NCBI GenBank assembly: GCA_038496445.1
Contig: JALMLS010000525.1
Location: forward strand, 124,001-188,000
Length of the DNA: 64,000 bases
Direction: 5' to 3'
Source of the DNA: Trichosphaerium sp. ATCC 40318
Lineage: Eukaryota > Protista > Tubulinea
The translations under genes were made by a program, and so were the position numbers. This document shows, in pieces, positions 41,032 through 55,284 of this stretch (positions are counted from its first letter, which is position 1; every line of letters starts with the position of its first letter). The notes under the pieces were generated by a model. That model searched no databases. It had not been told where the DNA came from and saw only the letters and a program-made list of their open reading frames with translations.

Positions 41032-42322
41032 ATGAGAAGCTTTAGGCGCACTGTCGTCGCAGTAGCTGATCGCATCGCGAAAAATACCTCGCCTGAAACA
41101 GCATGGCATGTAAAGCGTGTAGCAAGCACGTTATTGCCTAAACACAATTTTGGTGACCGTACGTCACACTATTAAGCTTTTGAGTGTTAAAACAAAAATT
41201 ATTTTCAATTGACAACTTATTAGTGTGGAATTACCGTCATTGGTTCGGCCCAGCTCCTACTAAAACAGTATTGGACTTTAACGACAAAGTTTCCTTTGAT
41301 AATTGGAGAGTGGTAACTGATGACATTGTTGGAGGTTGCAAGCCAATTCCGTGCGTTTCTGATACATTATAGGTGAATCTGTTGCTTCTCTTCAACAAAC
41401 AAAGAATCCTGTTGGAGAAAACAACCATTTGGTGTTTGAAGGTGACATATCAACCAAAACGCCACCAAAGATGGATAGAAGCGGATTTGCATGTATTCAA
41501 TCCCCTGTACGTTGTTATGACATGTCAAGACGATTGTGAACTTACTGGCAATTACCAAACAGATTTATTGGCCTTATGTAGATCTAGACGGCTATGATGC
41601 TTTAGAAATACGCCTCAAATCGGTAAATGACGAGTCTAAATTGTATTTTATTGATGTTCGTGTTTAGGATGGCAGGATCTACACTGCGCAGCTGAAAACA
41701 GCTGGGTTCGCTGAGGAATTTGAGACGCTTTATCAGATGATTATGCCACCTGTACCACCTGGCACTTGGACAACAGTAGTTGTAAGGCTTTTTTTTATTA
41801 TCATTATTATTGTGGCCAAGCTGCAGAGCTAAGAGGTGTACCTAGCTTCCATTTGACAGGTTTCTATTCACGCGTGATGGTTGGTGGTCTCCACTTGCTC
41901 AAGAGCCACCTGATGCTACAAAAATAGAGCGAATAGGTTTTTTACAAGCACAAAACAAAGATGGGCCTTTCCGCTTGGAAATACGTAAGTCCAACAAAGA
42001 GAAAACATGCTGAATCCTTACTTCTTTCTCAACTAATCACGTGCTTTCTGTAGAGAGTATACGTGCCATACAAAATTGGAGGCGAAAACAGAAGCGTAGA
42101 TACACAATAGAAGTACCTGGAAATCCGCAAGGAAGTCAGTGGGTTGATTGGGGAGAACAACCTATGTATTACGGATCGGATAAATTAGACATTTCCTTAC
42201 ACACCTCTGGCACTCAGACTGAGTATGACACACCGGAGCCAAATGCTACTACAGAAGCTGGTGAACAAGTTGATCAAACAGAAGAGGAAGGAAAGGCCAA
42301 GGCTGATGACAAGACGGCGTAA
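41032..42322 (+). CDS. NDUFAF1: Complex I intermediate-associated protein 30 (CIA30/NDUFAF1-like)
   Basis: Arg-rich presequence; WRVVTDDIVGGES, FEGDIS...RSGFACI, DLDGYDALEIRLKSDGRIY, DGPFRLEI. Confidence 0.88.
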
Positions 42323-42568
42323 AAAAAAGAAAAAGAAAAAGCCTGTCATGGTGACTTCTTTTTTTTCTTTCTTGTACATTTTTTTTTTTCAATACGCTCG
42401 ACACCCAAATGCACTGTTACGGTATAATTTTCTTACGTTAATTGAACCAACGTCATTCCTTTGTGGGTTTAAATTGGTTGGTCTGTTATACAAGCGTTTT
42501 CTTTACAAGCGTTTGTTTTTTATCAAAAAATAAGGGTCGTTTAAGTTGGTTGTGAGCGTCTGTTAGTT

Positions 42569-42953
42569 TTATACGGTGAGGAATGTCTGTTTCTTTTCTG
42601 CCTGCCAAACCCAACACCATCTGAACAAACAACCTGCGAAACATACTGCATAACCAGCAGCAGCGAATAACAAGGTAGCGTTGTAATCCTTGAAGTGTTG
42701 CTCATCGTCTTCTGCAGGTGGTTTTTGTTCGCCATTCACCGCTCCGTACTTTGCTGGATACTCTAGTAGCGCCATTACGACCTATCAAGTCAGTATTGTA
42801 TTTAATTATTTAGTGACTTGTTGACGCACCAACATCACTACTGCGCATAGAGAGAAAATAAAGTAGCAGAACGCGCCTAGTTTGTATTTTAGAATGCGCG
42901 TGGTTAAATAACTACGTACAGCTCTTGGTAGGTGGGAGACACAACAATACCAT
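42569..42953 (-). CDS. RNASEK: V-ATPase subunit f / ribonuclease kappa-like two-TM protein, 3 exons
   Basis: Spliced product MVLLCLPPTKSCAFCYFIFSLCAVVMLVVMALL...NATLLFAAAGYAVCFAGCLFRW...; size and two-TM layout match the RNASEK family. Confidence 0.7.
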
Positions 42954-43099
42954 AGTGTCTAGTGAGGTTTTTAGTATTTGTGGGGTTGAAAAATCGACGG
43001 AACAAGCCAAATTATTTTGAGCTGAATTTTCCCAGAGCAATGTTAAGGCATGGTGTTGCTGAGCACTTATTGGAGTAAAAAGCACCACAGACCAGTTTA

Positions 43100-46000
43100 A
43101 TGACAGCGTGGATAGCGCCGTCGAAGTCAATTCGCTATGTCAATCTGTACCAGGCGAGGTGGCTGCCATTTCGATTGACAATCCTCCCATTTGTATTATT
43201 TTATGTGGCGGCTATTGTAGGGTATTTTACAGACCCAGAGCGAGTTCAAATATATTTCTACGCTCTACCTGTGATTGTGGTATTGCAAGTGTTGTCATTC
43301 CTTTTCTCAATATGGTCTGTATCGTTTGAATGCTTTGTTAATTACAGCGGGGCACGTCGTTTCGTATTCACTGTAAAATACTAATATCTTGCAGGTAAGT
43401 AGCTTGGCGCGCGCCACATGCGTAAAGGTAGTGCCTTTCAGTCACAAAGGGTCCGTAGCGCGATGTGAAATTGAAACAAAGGTACATCGTTGCTATTCCT
43501 CTTCACCAAGGTAATTAGGTTACTGACAACTCATTTAGGATGATCAAACATGGTTTGTATACCAAAAACGTAAATTCTTATTTGACACGGACGCTGGTGT
43601 CTTCCGAAAGCTACAACTGCCTGTTAAGCATAAATTCGACTTTTACAAGCAAGCTAGAGGTTATGGCACCGAGACAATCGTCAACCAGGCAAAACAACAA
43701 TGGGGACCTAACCAGTACGTACAATAGTACTTATGACATCCCTACATAGCCTCGCCACGTGGCGCAGGAACCTAAACGGCTTGACTTTTTTTTATGATAA
43801 ACGTGTTTTATTCAAATAACTTATGTTCTTTCGTCCTATCCTAGGTTCGATATTCCAATGCCTACTTTCCTTGATTTGTATAAGGAGCAAGCTGTTCAAC
43901 CGTTCTTTGTATTTCAACTATTTTGCGTATTGCTGTGGTGTTTGGATGAATACTGGTGCGTCTTGATAGAAATGCTTACAGAATTTTTTTTTTTTCGTCT
44001 TAGATTCCTACCTGTCAAGTTTGTTATTCATCCTCTTTAGGTATTACAGTATAATGACATTGGTCTTGCTATTGATTTTTGAGTCTACAGTTGTTCATAC
44101 AGTGCGTAGGAATTGAGTATTTTTTGTTCTGTTTATTTATCACAATCCATTTGGAATAAAAAATTCTGATATTTTGGTTTTAGCGTCTAAAAAATCTAAA
44201 ATCGCTGAGAAGCATGAAGATTTCTCACTATACAGTTGATGTTTATAGATGTGGTAGATGGAAGAAGATATCAACAGATCAAGTAGTACCAGGTGACATT
44301 TGTGCATTAAGAGAACGAGGTACGTCAGTGACAGCAATTCTAAAGAGTAAAAAAAAAAAGGATAATACCTTATGTATGTCATTTAGGCATAGTAATGCCA
44401 TTCGATGCACTTGTCCTCACGGGCTCAGCAGTGGCCAATGAAGCCATGTTGACAGGAGAATCAACACCACAAAGAAAGGAACCAATTGAGACAAGACGTG
44501 GTGATGAACAGTTCTCTATAAAGACAGATCCTCATCATGTATTGTTTGGTGGTACAAAACTAATGCAAGCGTTGGGTGTATCAAACAAAGGTAATGATGG
44601 AGAAGACAATGACTTAGTGATTCGAGATGGATGTGTAGTATTTGTATTAAGAACAGGCTTTCACACATCTCAGGTAAGCTCTTATTGTCATACAATAAAG
44701 GGTATGCTAATTGTATATTAGGGTAACTTGGTGAGAACGATTCTCTTCTCCACCACTCGTGTTACCGAGAACAATGTTGAAAGCTTTTTGTTTATTGGCT
44801 TTTTGTTAATATTCGCTTTGTGTGCATCTGCCTATGTTCTTGTTAAAGGTACGACTATATTGTTCTACTAGATCATGTGTTTTGTGCGTGTGAATGCTTA
44901 CATTGGTGTTTAGGACTTGAGGATGAAAATCGTGATCGTTGGAAGCTCATGTTAAATTGCACTCTCATTATAACATCAGTTGTCCCTCCAGAACTCCCTA
45001 TGGAGCTCTCATTGGCAGTAAACACTTCCCTATTACGCCTAGCTAAGTTAAAGGTGAGTCAGCCATTTTTATAAACATATCTTCTATTAGAAGGTTGTTG
45101 GTTAAAATTGTTTGTTTTCTAGATTTTTTGTACTGAACCGTTCCGGATTACATTTGGAGGAAAAGTGAGTACTTGTTGCTTTGATAAGACTGGAACTTTG
45201 ACGACAGAGCATCTCATCTTGAAGGGTATTGTAACTGCAGGTGAACGTAAGATTATGCCAACACACGCTGCTGAAGCAGACGCTCGACTCATCATGAGTG
45301 GCTGTCATTCTATAGGTACACAGTCTTACACCTCTTTCGTTATTTCCTAAGTTAGTTTATAGTTCGTCTCAACAATAGTAACGTCGGTGACCCTATGGAG
45401 CTCGCAGCTTTGGGTGGATCTAATATGAACATGACAAGCAATGATACCATTTCTTCTAATACTGGAAAGAAGTATAGGATATACCATCGTTTTGCTTTTA
45501 AATCAACATTGAAACGTATGGCAACAATTGTTGCTGAAGAGAAATCAGGAGATAAAAAGATTCATGTTCTCTTAAAAGGTGCCCCAGAAACTGTTAGAGG
45601 TTTCCTCCAAGATGTACGTCATTACAGGTTTTTATTACCCCAATGGGTGCAGTACAAGTTCAGACTGACTGTTTCTTTAGATACCAGAAGAGTACGATGC
45701 TACTTACAAGTACTTTGCTAGAAATGGAGCACGTGTTATTGCTCTTGCTCATAAAGAGTTAACAGGGTGGAAATCTTCTTTGCATGATTTGAAACATATT
45801 GACAGGGATGATGCTGAAGAAAATCTTGTATTCGCTGGATTCTTATTATTCGAGTGCCCTCTTAAGCCAGACTCTGCTAGCGCCATTATGAAGTTGAAGC
45901 GTTCAGCACATAAAGTTGTAATGATTACAGGAGATAACGCCTTGACGGCTTGCTATGTTGCTAAAACGCTCTCTATGGCATCTAAATTATTCCTTACACT

Positions 46001-47931
46001 TTCTGTGAATGGTTACGGAGATATTGAATGGGTTGCTGTTGACGAGTCAGTAACGTTTGATTTTGATGAAAAAGAGGTAGAAAAATTAAGGTAACCTGTC
46101 AAGTTTTTTCATTTTCTGACAATCACCTCATTAACCGTGCCATTTTTTAGTGAAGAATATGCTCTATGTGTTACAGGGAAGGCTATGAAAAAACTTGTAG
46201 AAGACGGTATTACCCTCAAACCAAAATTCTACACTCATCCTGTGGTACTTAATTTCTATATAAGTTGAATTGCTTTGTTAGTAATGTTTTTTTTAAGGTT
46301 TGGGCTAGAAGCTCTCCAGCTCAAAAACAAGTCATCCTCGCTCAACTCAAAGCTGCTGGTCAATCAACACTCATGTGTGGAGATGGTACCAACGATGTTG
46401 GTGCACTAAAACAAGCAGATGTTGGTACGTTATACTAATTGCAGTTTATTTTGATTACTTGTTTAAAAATTATGGTTCAAACTCCTAACAAATATGTAGG
46501 TGTCGCTGTAATGAATCAAGCTGGTTATACTGATCCTAAGAAGAAACAGAAACTACAAGCCAAGAAAGAAGCAGCCAAACGAACTCTTACTAAAGATACA
46601 TCAAGAAGACCAAAAGGTTCAAGACGTGGAGGCTCTACTAGAGAAGTATGTTTTCGGGTTTTATCTCTAAAATCAAGTTTCCTTATTAATACCTTATTAA
46701 CCTATCTCAAGAAAGCACAAAAACCAATATCAGCTGGTAAAGCAAGAAAGCTCAACCAATGGAGGGCAAAGATGGAAGAAATGGCGAAAGACATGGAAAA
46801 AGATGATGTTACTGTTGTAAAACTTGGTGATGCCTCTATTGCTTCTCCTTTTACCAGCAAGAGCTCTTCAATCATGCCTAGTACGTCGCTTTTTACTATA
46901 GTTTAAATTATACTAACAAATACATGTCAGTTACGGATATTATTCGTCAAGGTCGTTGCACGCTCGTCACCACAATACAAATGTTCAAAATCCTTGCACT
47001 TAACTGTCTTATTTTGGCCTATGGTCTTTCTGTGCTGTACCTTGATGGTATTAAGCCAGGTGATACGTACGTACACAACTATACATCAACAAACGTGATA
47101 CACGTGTTTTACTGACTGAGAAAACGTTTAGCCAAGCAACTGTTGGTGCTCTTTTGACTGCCATTACTTTCTTGTTTATTTCTCGATCTGAAGTACGTCT
47201 TGTGTTCTGTGCACGTGTTTTTTTTATTTTGTTAACAAATGTTATTTTTCTAGCCGCTAGCTAAACTTTCAAAACAAAGACCTGTTACTCATGTATTTTG
47301 TCCGTATATGCTTATTTCTATACTTGGTCAGTTTTTGATTCATTTGGCTGTACTCATATTTGCCGTTTCTGGAGCACAGAGTTTACAGCAAGAGTACGAC
47401 ACTTTCAATGACTATAGTGTTTTTTTTGTTGACTTTTTCTGGATTAAAGGAAAGCTGATCCTGAAGCTGATTTTAAACCTGATATTGTCAACTCTGCTGT
47501 ATTTTTGATTTCAATGGCAATGCAAACTGTTACTTTTGCAGTAAACTACGAGGTAACAAAAAACTTTTTTGTACCTTTTGAAATCAAATTTTTTTTTATA
47601 GGGTCATCCTTTCATGCAATCTCTACAAGAAAATAAAGGTTTAGCATATTGTTTGGGTGGATCTGCTGTATTCACTGTTATTACTACACTACAACTAATT
47701 CCTGAAATATCAGAACAGTTTGAGCTTGTAGAACTCCCTATTGAGGTATGACGTGTCACGTTTTATTTTTTACTTTTATTTACAAATTACTCTTGGTGTT
47801 GTTGTTGCTGTTGTTGTTGTTAACTCTATTTCAAACAGTTCCGTTTGGCTCTTGTTGGAGCTATGGTGTTCGATGCATTTGGATGTTATGGATGGGAGAA
47901 ACTCTCAGCATATCTATTGAAGCCAAAATAA
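43100..47931 (+). CDS. ATP13A1: P5A-type ATPase (ATP13A1/Spf1), ER transmembrane-helix dislocase
   Basis: [97 protein letters not shown]. Confidence 0.97.
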
Positions 47932-48047
47932 AAAAAGTGTGAATCGATTCATACGAAAGATTAAAATAAAATCATTTTTTCTCTACCAATCCAAAAAAAC
48001 AGTGTTTTGCTTCTTGTACACTCTCCTCCAAAAAACCACTTTACTCA

Positions 48048-49966
48048 TTATCTCAGGTTTACGAAATGGTATTCACCGTATATCTCAATACCAGAGATTG
48101 ATAAAAAGTTATGTTGCTACAACAAGTTAGTTGGACGTTTTTTGTTCAAATAACAACCAAGTAGGTATAATACGTACTGTTGAGTTTCTGCCAATTTGTA
48201 CAATCTTAAAGTATCTATACGGTTCTGGAGCCATAGGAATATCCCAGGAATGATGAGAAAAGGGACCATTCAAACTTTTATCCTCCTTGTGCCTGGTACG
48301 CAATCTCAACAAAGACAACAAACCAAAAAAGAAAAAAAGGAATTAGTCCATCAAGAACCATACCGTATCAGTTCAGTCCATGCTTGCTTGTCATTTGATC
48401 CACATAGAACCCAATTACGTAAACAATCTTGTTTAGAATTTCCACCATGCCTTAGTGTATACTTGTTCTACAAAGGAAAAAAAACCAAAATGAGTTCTCC
48501 AACCTATAGGACGATGGTGAACTTACTGGTTTTAAAGCGCCCTTAACGAAATCCAACATGATCCAAGACGAAGGAATATCTCTTGTCCAAAACTCTCTTG
48601 CATGTGCATGGTAACATACAAACTCTGGTAAACCTTTCTCTTCAGATGAAGCCACAATGCCAATCCTAAAAAAGGCGTAAGCAAGAACAATTAAAAAAAA
48701 AATGGCTTATTGATTTTTACCTTCTGGCTTGTACAGGATGAGTCCAAGGCTCTTTACCACCGACAGTGGCAATATAGTGGATAGCTCCACGGTTATCAAA
48801 ATCATGATCGTATTCAAATAAGCGACCATAGGCAGATCTAGCATGACGCCTTAAAATTGTTGATTTTGAAGGTGCAGTAGCATCACCATCATTTGTAGTT
48901 TCTACTATTGTAACAGGCATCTGAATCCACATCTGTTAGCCGCACGTGAGGGTAAAACATTTGAAACGACACAAAAAAAAAGTCATGCGTACACGTTTGA
49001 GTGCATCTGTGACCATATTAGGAGGTATATTGGTATTATGCAAAGCCTCTTGAAGGACAATTTGAGTGAGTTGTTCAAAATGAATAGTTTCCCAAATGCT
49101 TGTTTTGATTTCTTCTGATAGTTCTCCTTTCTTCTTTGAACCACATCTTTCAATGTAGCTATTAGCTGTTTTGTATACCTCGTCTTCTCTTGCTACAAAT
49201 ATCTGGTCGTGGTTGAGCAGTCTTACAAGGATGGCAGGAGAAAGGGTGTTGAAATCAAAGTCTTTGAAATCAGAGAAATGCCTTGCCATTGTAGAAAGAC
49301 ACGCTTCAACAGCTTGAAAAAACCCGTTAGAGATGGGTTGAAGTACAAAATGACGAAGTTTTCTTCTGAGAGGTTTTTGAATGTACCTGCTTCTACGTTT
49401 GCATTGACAGCGAGCTGTAGTAGCAGTGGAGCGTCTTTTACAGTGATATTTTTGTCCAAGTACTCGTTCAGCAATTGTCCAAGTAACGGCATGTCAAGCC
49501 TAATTTCTTTTATTAGTATCGTATAAAAGCGCCCTAATCTGGTGCTCTTGGCACATACGCATTAGTCAAGAGTATCAAACTGACGATATTTTCCCATTTA
49601 AGCGCAATTCTACCTAACACCACTTTAAGCGTATGGATTGAATGATTTGTAAGCCTATGGCGCCTGTGGTATCGAAAAGAGATGTTTTGAGTTCGTACCT
49701 GTGTACATGAAATGTATAACGTGTTTAAATAGGTTTCTATCCTTTACACTCTTTGGTAGCGTAACAACAACCCTTCTACTGTCTTGTTGCTCTGAAATCC
49801 TTTTGGCAAGTACTTTAGAGTGGTATGCTACTATCAATTGATGGCAATAGAACTCCTTGTCACCGAGTTTTAAAATAACATCGTGAAATACCCTTTCTTT
49901 ATAAAACTTGCCAAAACCACCTGTAAACGAAACAGAAGAATCGTCAATGGCGTCAACGGCTGCCAT
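48048..49966 (-). CDS. BTB/POZ-BACK protein with a C-terminal discoidin (F5/8 type C)-like domain
   Basis: FHDVILKLGDKEFYCHQLIVAYHSKVL...IHFMYTG; BACK region (EDEVY); FEYDHDFDNRGAIHYIAT, LRNWVLCGSND, YRYFKIVQIGRNS, SGIEIYG. Confidence 0.88.
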
Positions 49967-50232
49967 TGCCGGCTTTATGAGTGCTTAACTTAAAGTCAGC
50001 ACACTTTAAGTTCACTTCTACATCCTGCAACCCTGTCACCTTGTGAGATCGCTGCAGCGACTACACAAAGTAGTTCAACAATGTCACAACGAAACTTGTG
50101 AAATTCTTCCAAGGAACACGTGGGTAGTAAGGGTGATTAAACAGTTTTTACACTAAAACTTTAAATGCTGTTAATAGTTTGTTTCATTATTTTTTAAATA
50201 CAAGGGTTGCAAGTGTAGTGGAGTAGTAAGTG

Positions 50233-53200
50233 CTATGTCTTGGTTATCCTCTTGTTTACGGCTTTTATAACTGTGAATTGCTGTGTATAATTACCAGTTA
50301 ACGTCCCACCAAAATTTGCATAGTCTTTGACTGCTATGTGAGCGCAATCACCATAGCGTATTTCTATGAAATAATTTCCTTTAAAATCAAACCTACAATG
50401 TTCATTTGGCTAAAAACATCGTAATTAGTACTGGCTCTTAGTTTATTGAATGTACCTTTAATTCACATAGTTGTGGTGAGTCTTTGGACTGATAACGCTC
50501 ATGTGATACCAATAGAGCTGGGTCCTCCTACAAACACTGTTAGCGCTTTTTTTAAGTCAAGTACTTAAGGCTTGGTTAACATGATGTACCGGGCTATTAT
50601 TTACAATTACAATCCTGCCAATATCCCTAAACACACACTATTAAACTTGATCTAACAATAGGTATTACGTACTTCATCCATAATAATCTATCACTTCCAG
50701 AAAAGACAAGATAACTGCTATCATTGAACAAATATTCATGAGCCTTTGCCTCATTTATTAGATCCTCCGCTTTTACTTCGTGCACGTGTAATCGAACATG
50801 TCGTGCAATTGTGACTGAACCTTTGTTAGTTGCTCTTAGAACTGCTCTACTAACTCTATGTGATGACTTTGAAGCAATTGTAGGCGATGGTGCCACTACA
50901 ACAAAATCGCCACTATCTGTTTTTTCTTCTGATTCAGTTTCTGTAGGGATAGTATTACGTTGGCTGTTATCAACAATCGTTGAGCGCCTGCACAGAAAGT
51001 TTAGGTAACTTCAAAAAACCCAAAGGACCTTGTTTGTGGTTGTACCTGTTACTATCTCTAGGGCTAAACGATGCTCTAACAACACCAACAACGCTTGATG
51101 CTAAACTTTTATATTTCGAGATTGTCCCAATCTTTCTTGTCACTCTTGCAGGTGCTGTTGATCCTCTTTTCTTGACAACTGGTATAGAATCTATGTAGAA
51201 CAAAAATAGTTAAAATACAACATACATACACCACAATTGCGATGTCACGTGACAAAGTTGGAGATGTACCTTCTACAAATTCTGGCATGTATTGTGCTCG
51301 CGCTTCTGTGTGCATAGAGTTAATGTTTAACCAAGACACAATCGCATCCTGCAGGGATTCCATCCAACTGTTCTTTTCGGCTTGGTCTGCAGCTACGAAC
51401 AAAAGTGTCTTTACAGGGCTTGCAATATAAAACTGGCACTTTGAATGAGGAGTGTCCGCCTTATCAAAGATCCAGGCTGTTAGCAGAGGCAAGTATTTAT
51501 CTAGACAGGATTTAGCACTAGCAAAGTATGTGTGAGTATAGTGAATGCATCAATTACCCATTTTTTGATAACCGCCCATAAGTGGTACAGCAGTGATTAC
51601 AGCATCAGAGAAGAGGTAGATGGTCCTTGCTTGTAATGAATCATCACTAAACGATCTTTTTGTGAGAACACCTTCCCTGCAGAGACCGTTAGCATTGTGA
51701 CCAACAAAGCAAATGTGACGTTACCTTATAAATCTACGACTGGGAGAAACGAGCTGCTTGAACCTAACGGTAAAAAAAAAACTTAACACAAAAGATACAA
51801 CTTGTTCTCTGATTTACCCCAGTGATATAAACCGTTGTTGTATCTCTATCACCTTGGCTCTGTTGTTGTACTGTTCTACACTATTATCCACATAATCAGC
51901 GACTTCTTTTACTTTCTCTAAGGCTATCTTCAAGTCCTCATAGTCCACGTGTGTTTCGGGTGTGTATTTTATAAGTGTTTCAATGAGAAGGCAGTAGCGA
52001 GGTATCCCTTTACAACAAAAGTAGATGTGTAAGTTTAACCACATTGAATTTAAACGCATACTATGCTAGTACGCACTCTGTACTGGTTGTATAAGGTAAG
52101 AAAAAATATCTAAGTGCTTCGGACTCGATTGTTTCAATCGCTCTAAACAAAAGGATTAGAACAATAACTTGAATGTACAAAATGGATGAAATACCAAGTT
52201 GTGCTTTGAAGAATGGGTTTGTCTCCATAAGAGATGACACACAAGCTGTAGCTCTATCGAAACCTAAAATATTAAGCATCTTCAGCATTATTAAAATAGA
52301 ATTACCATCGCAATATCGGTTGTAAGCTTTCAAAAAATCAGCCTTTTTAGGAGCAGAAATTAGTAAATGAAATAAACTCTTTTCTTTCACTTGAGCTGTA
52401 CCATCACAATGAAAACTTGGCCTATCTTTTTAGTATCGTTCCAATCGTTCATAGGTTCACTTAGACGCTTATAAAGCTCATTTGATACTCTGTGAACCTA
52501 GTACAAAAATAAGGCCACAAGATTGTCATTTCATTGAATTAATTAAGATTGACAAAAGTCGTACAGTTTCAACTTCACTAAACATGTGCTGCATGTTTTC
52601 ATTACTGATCATTTTAGATTTTTTCAAGGGATCAACAAATTGCTTGTATTAGTATTTAGTACTTCCCAGTGTAGTATGTCGCCCAAAAAAAAAGTGGTTA
52701 CCTCTTTAAGATATGTTATATTGTCGAGAAATGCCTTCTCTGTCAGCCATATCTCGCGTGCAGCTCGATCACGCTTTGCTTTCAGTGCATTAGATTGATT
52801 TTGGTTTTAACACGTAAACTTATCAACGTACAATACTTAGGAGCCTCAGGATCCTTAAGAGCATCCTCAATGATCTCATTGACATCATTTTCTTCTATTG
52901 TTGCTTTGTCTGCAATCAAATCTGTATCACTCAGCGCTGCATTATCATCTACAATTGGATTTGCACTGCTACTTCCTATTGTAGACGAGGACGCTGCACT
53001 CTCCTTTCTTGGAGGTTCATCAATTCGTGAAAACATAAGCGAACTCTCACTTTTATCTGGTTTAATTGTTGGCGGTGGTAATGCCGCTTGAGGTGGTTCT
53101 GGACCGTCGAAATACTTGAAGCCAAGGTACACTATAGTTTTATCCTTTGTACCTTCATTCAAGTTCCCCATACCTAGTCACGTGATTAACTTTAGTAAAT

Positions 53201-53855
53201 TGAAAACAAGTTGTTTTTACTAACCTGGTGTGGCACTTCTCAATACAAGATAACCTTGATGCTCGTACTCTAGCCATTTTTTTTGCATTTGGAATACTTT
53301 AAAGTCCTCTATCGGTGACCCTTTTCCACCAACCCTGTAAAAAAAGTACATGTGCTTTGCGTTGGATCCAGAGCGTGTTTCTACAAAATAGGATTGTCAA
53401 AAACATTGATAAAACGCCTGGACGTTTTTTTGAAAATTGTTTTTTTTTCTATTTGTTTTTGGACGTACTGAACTTGGGCAACAGGTCGGATAATCTAGTA
53501 TAAAACCAACGGCCGCCCACTTCTGATTCAGCAGGTAAAATTGCCTCTGTTGCGTATTGAGCATCTAGTCGCACCTATGAGAGCATTGAGAAGTATGTTT
53601 GACAGGGGTGTAAACGCAAATTTGTACTTCTTTGACAAATGGTCCCTTAGCGCCACGCCTGAATCCAAAATGAGCGCCTTTGCGTATTGATAGGTGATCT
53701 GGCCGCTTCTTATATCGTGCGTTGTAAAAACATAATTGCGTTATGAACAGCTATGCACACGCGAGTTAATGGTAGTAGCAGCAAATATTAACGAAAGGTT
53801 TTCTAAACTGGAATAGAATGCGTGCTTTTGTGTCATCCACCTTTTTTTCGCTCAT
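50233..53855 (-). CDS. RhoGEF (DH-PH) protein; start approximate
   Basis: EIWLTEKAFLDNI, YLIQPVQRIPRYCLLIETLIKYTPETHVDY (DH); RRFIREG..IYLFSDA...FVAADQAEKNSW (PH). Confidence 0.9.
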
Positions 53856-54029
53856 TATAACAAGCCTATATGGCTATCGAGCGAGTAGTATCGTTGACAG
53901 TCAATTAAGATAGTCAGTTGGCAGTCAATTTACCATTTCGGCAATACAGTACAAAAATGATGCAACGACCCAAATTAGCATAAAACAATAAGTACAATAC
54001 AATTTCATGTTGCCAAGCGCAGGAGCTAG

Positions 54030-54182
54030 TTAGAGTACAGACGGTAAGTGCATTTTAAAGATGCCCTTCGATCGAAAGGCGTCAACACGAAAACGACCTG
54101 GCCGGTGTAACCCTTGCCATTCTTTGAGTCTACTGGCGTCGCGACTCCTTTTGATAGCTCGTCCTGCGAGATACACACCCAT
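54030..54182 (-). CDS. Putative 50-aa basic small protein
   Basis: AAACAAG-ATG context; MGVYLAGRAIKRSRDASRLKEWQGLHRPGRFRVDAFRSKGIFKMHLPSVL*; GC-richer than its flanks. Confidence 0.4.
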   Translation of the reverse strand: MGVYLAGRAIKRSRDASRLKEWQGLHRPGRFRVDAFRSKGIFKMHLPSVL

Positions 54183-54298
54183 CTTGTTTGTATTTGTTAT
54201 TTATTGTACAATTTACATCATAACCGCTTTTGAGCCCACGAGTGTTATTGGTACGTTGCGAAGCGGCGAGGATGTAGAGTTCTTCTATATTCTTTTTT

Positions 54299-55202
54299 TT
54301 AAGTGCCCATAATGTTCTTTAGCAACTTTTTACTAAACGTATGCTTTATCTGATTCTTTGGTGGTGGATACATCAAACCTGGATCTACCTTACGTTTCTT
54401 TGCGTCAGGACGAGTACCCTGTTGTGTTCGCGCTTTACGCTTATTCTATACCAAATAACGTTAATGTGGTGGCCATCAAATAAGAGAATGTTTTCAGGTT
54501 TTTTTTGCTAATTTTGTTTTTTGACACTTGCCTTTCTGACATCTTCAATATCGTTTAATATACTGTTTGTTTGACGTCTAGCATTAGAAATAGATGATTG
54601 TAGTCTCATATCGCGTAGCTCCTTCTTATTATCGAGCTCTTGTTGTAGGTCTGACCACAAAAAACCTTTCAAGTAACGAATATTCCACATTCCATATTTG
54701 CCTACAGTGCCATTGAATCGCTTCCCAGAGAACAGGATTGGTGTATTATTTAGCCCATACGCTACTTGGCGTGCATCCCGCTAATTGTATTGTGAGGACA
54801 GACGACTAAATGAAGAAATATGAAATATGCACTTACACGGTTTTCCATTTCAACCCAACCTTTTTTCCATACTACTTTACGCTTGGAGCTACGTTTTGGA
54901 TCACGTTCCAAGTACATACGTTCAACATGACCGAATTCGGTTAAAAGACCTTCTAAATCGCCTCTAGACATGAAACGAGGGAATCTATCAAAGTACAAAA
55001 CGCCTACGAGAAATTAACATTTTTTTGTACTTGTAGCTTTCTCACCTCTCTTTTTTATCTTTTTTTTGTATGCTTGGGCCTCTTTCTTTAGTTCTTCAAG
55101 GTTTAAAGCGTTTGCAGGCTTGAAAGAATCATCCTCCTCGTCAGAGTATACCACATCGTCAGTAACAATCTCAGGCGTTTCAGTTTCCACAGGGGCGTCC
55201 AT
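54299..55202 (-). CDS. ESF2: Pre-rRNA-processing protein ESF2/ABT1 (RRM)
   Basis: GVLYFDRFPRFM...FGHVERMYL, KKGWVEM, LNNTPI, WNIRYLKGFLWSDL. Confidence 0.9.
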
Positions 55203-55284
55203 CAAGATAACTTGTTGCTGAAAAATATTGATTTTTTCGCGACTTAAGCTTTGTGCTAAACACCATTCAATTGCCTTCGCAACC

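Noticed and set aside
18877-42953. A lysosomal gene cluster under CLEAR-like control (TPP1, saposin, SLC38A9, RNASEK)
   Set aside because: The genes are interspersed with unrelated ones, and CACGTG is equally common in non-lysosomal genes.
54060-54180. SRP RNA or other structured ncRNA (GGCCAGGTCG on the minus strand, hairpins)
   Set aside because: It lacks the GNRA tetraloop and AGCAG of SRP helix 8; a small ORF explains the GC content better.
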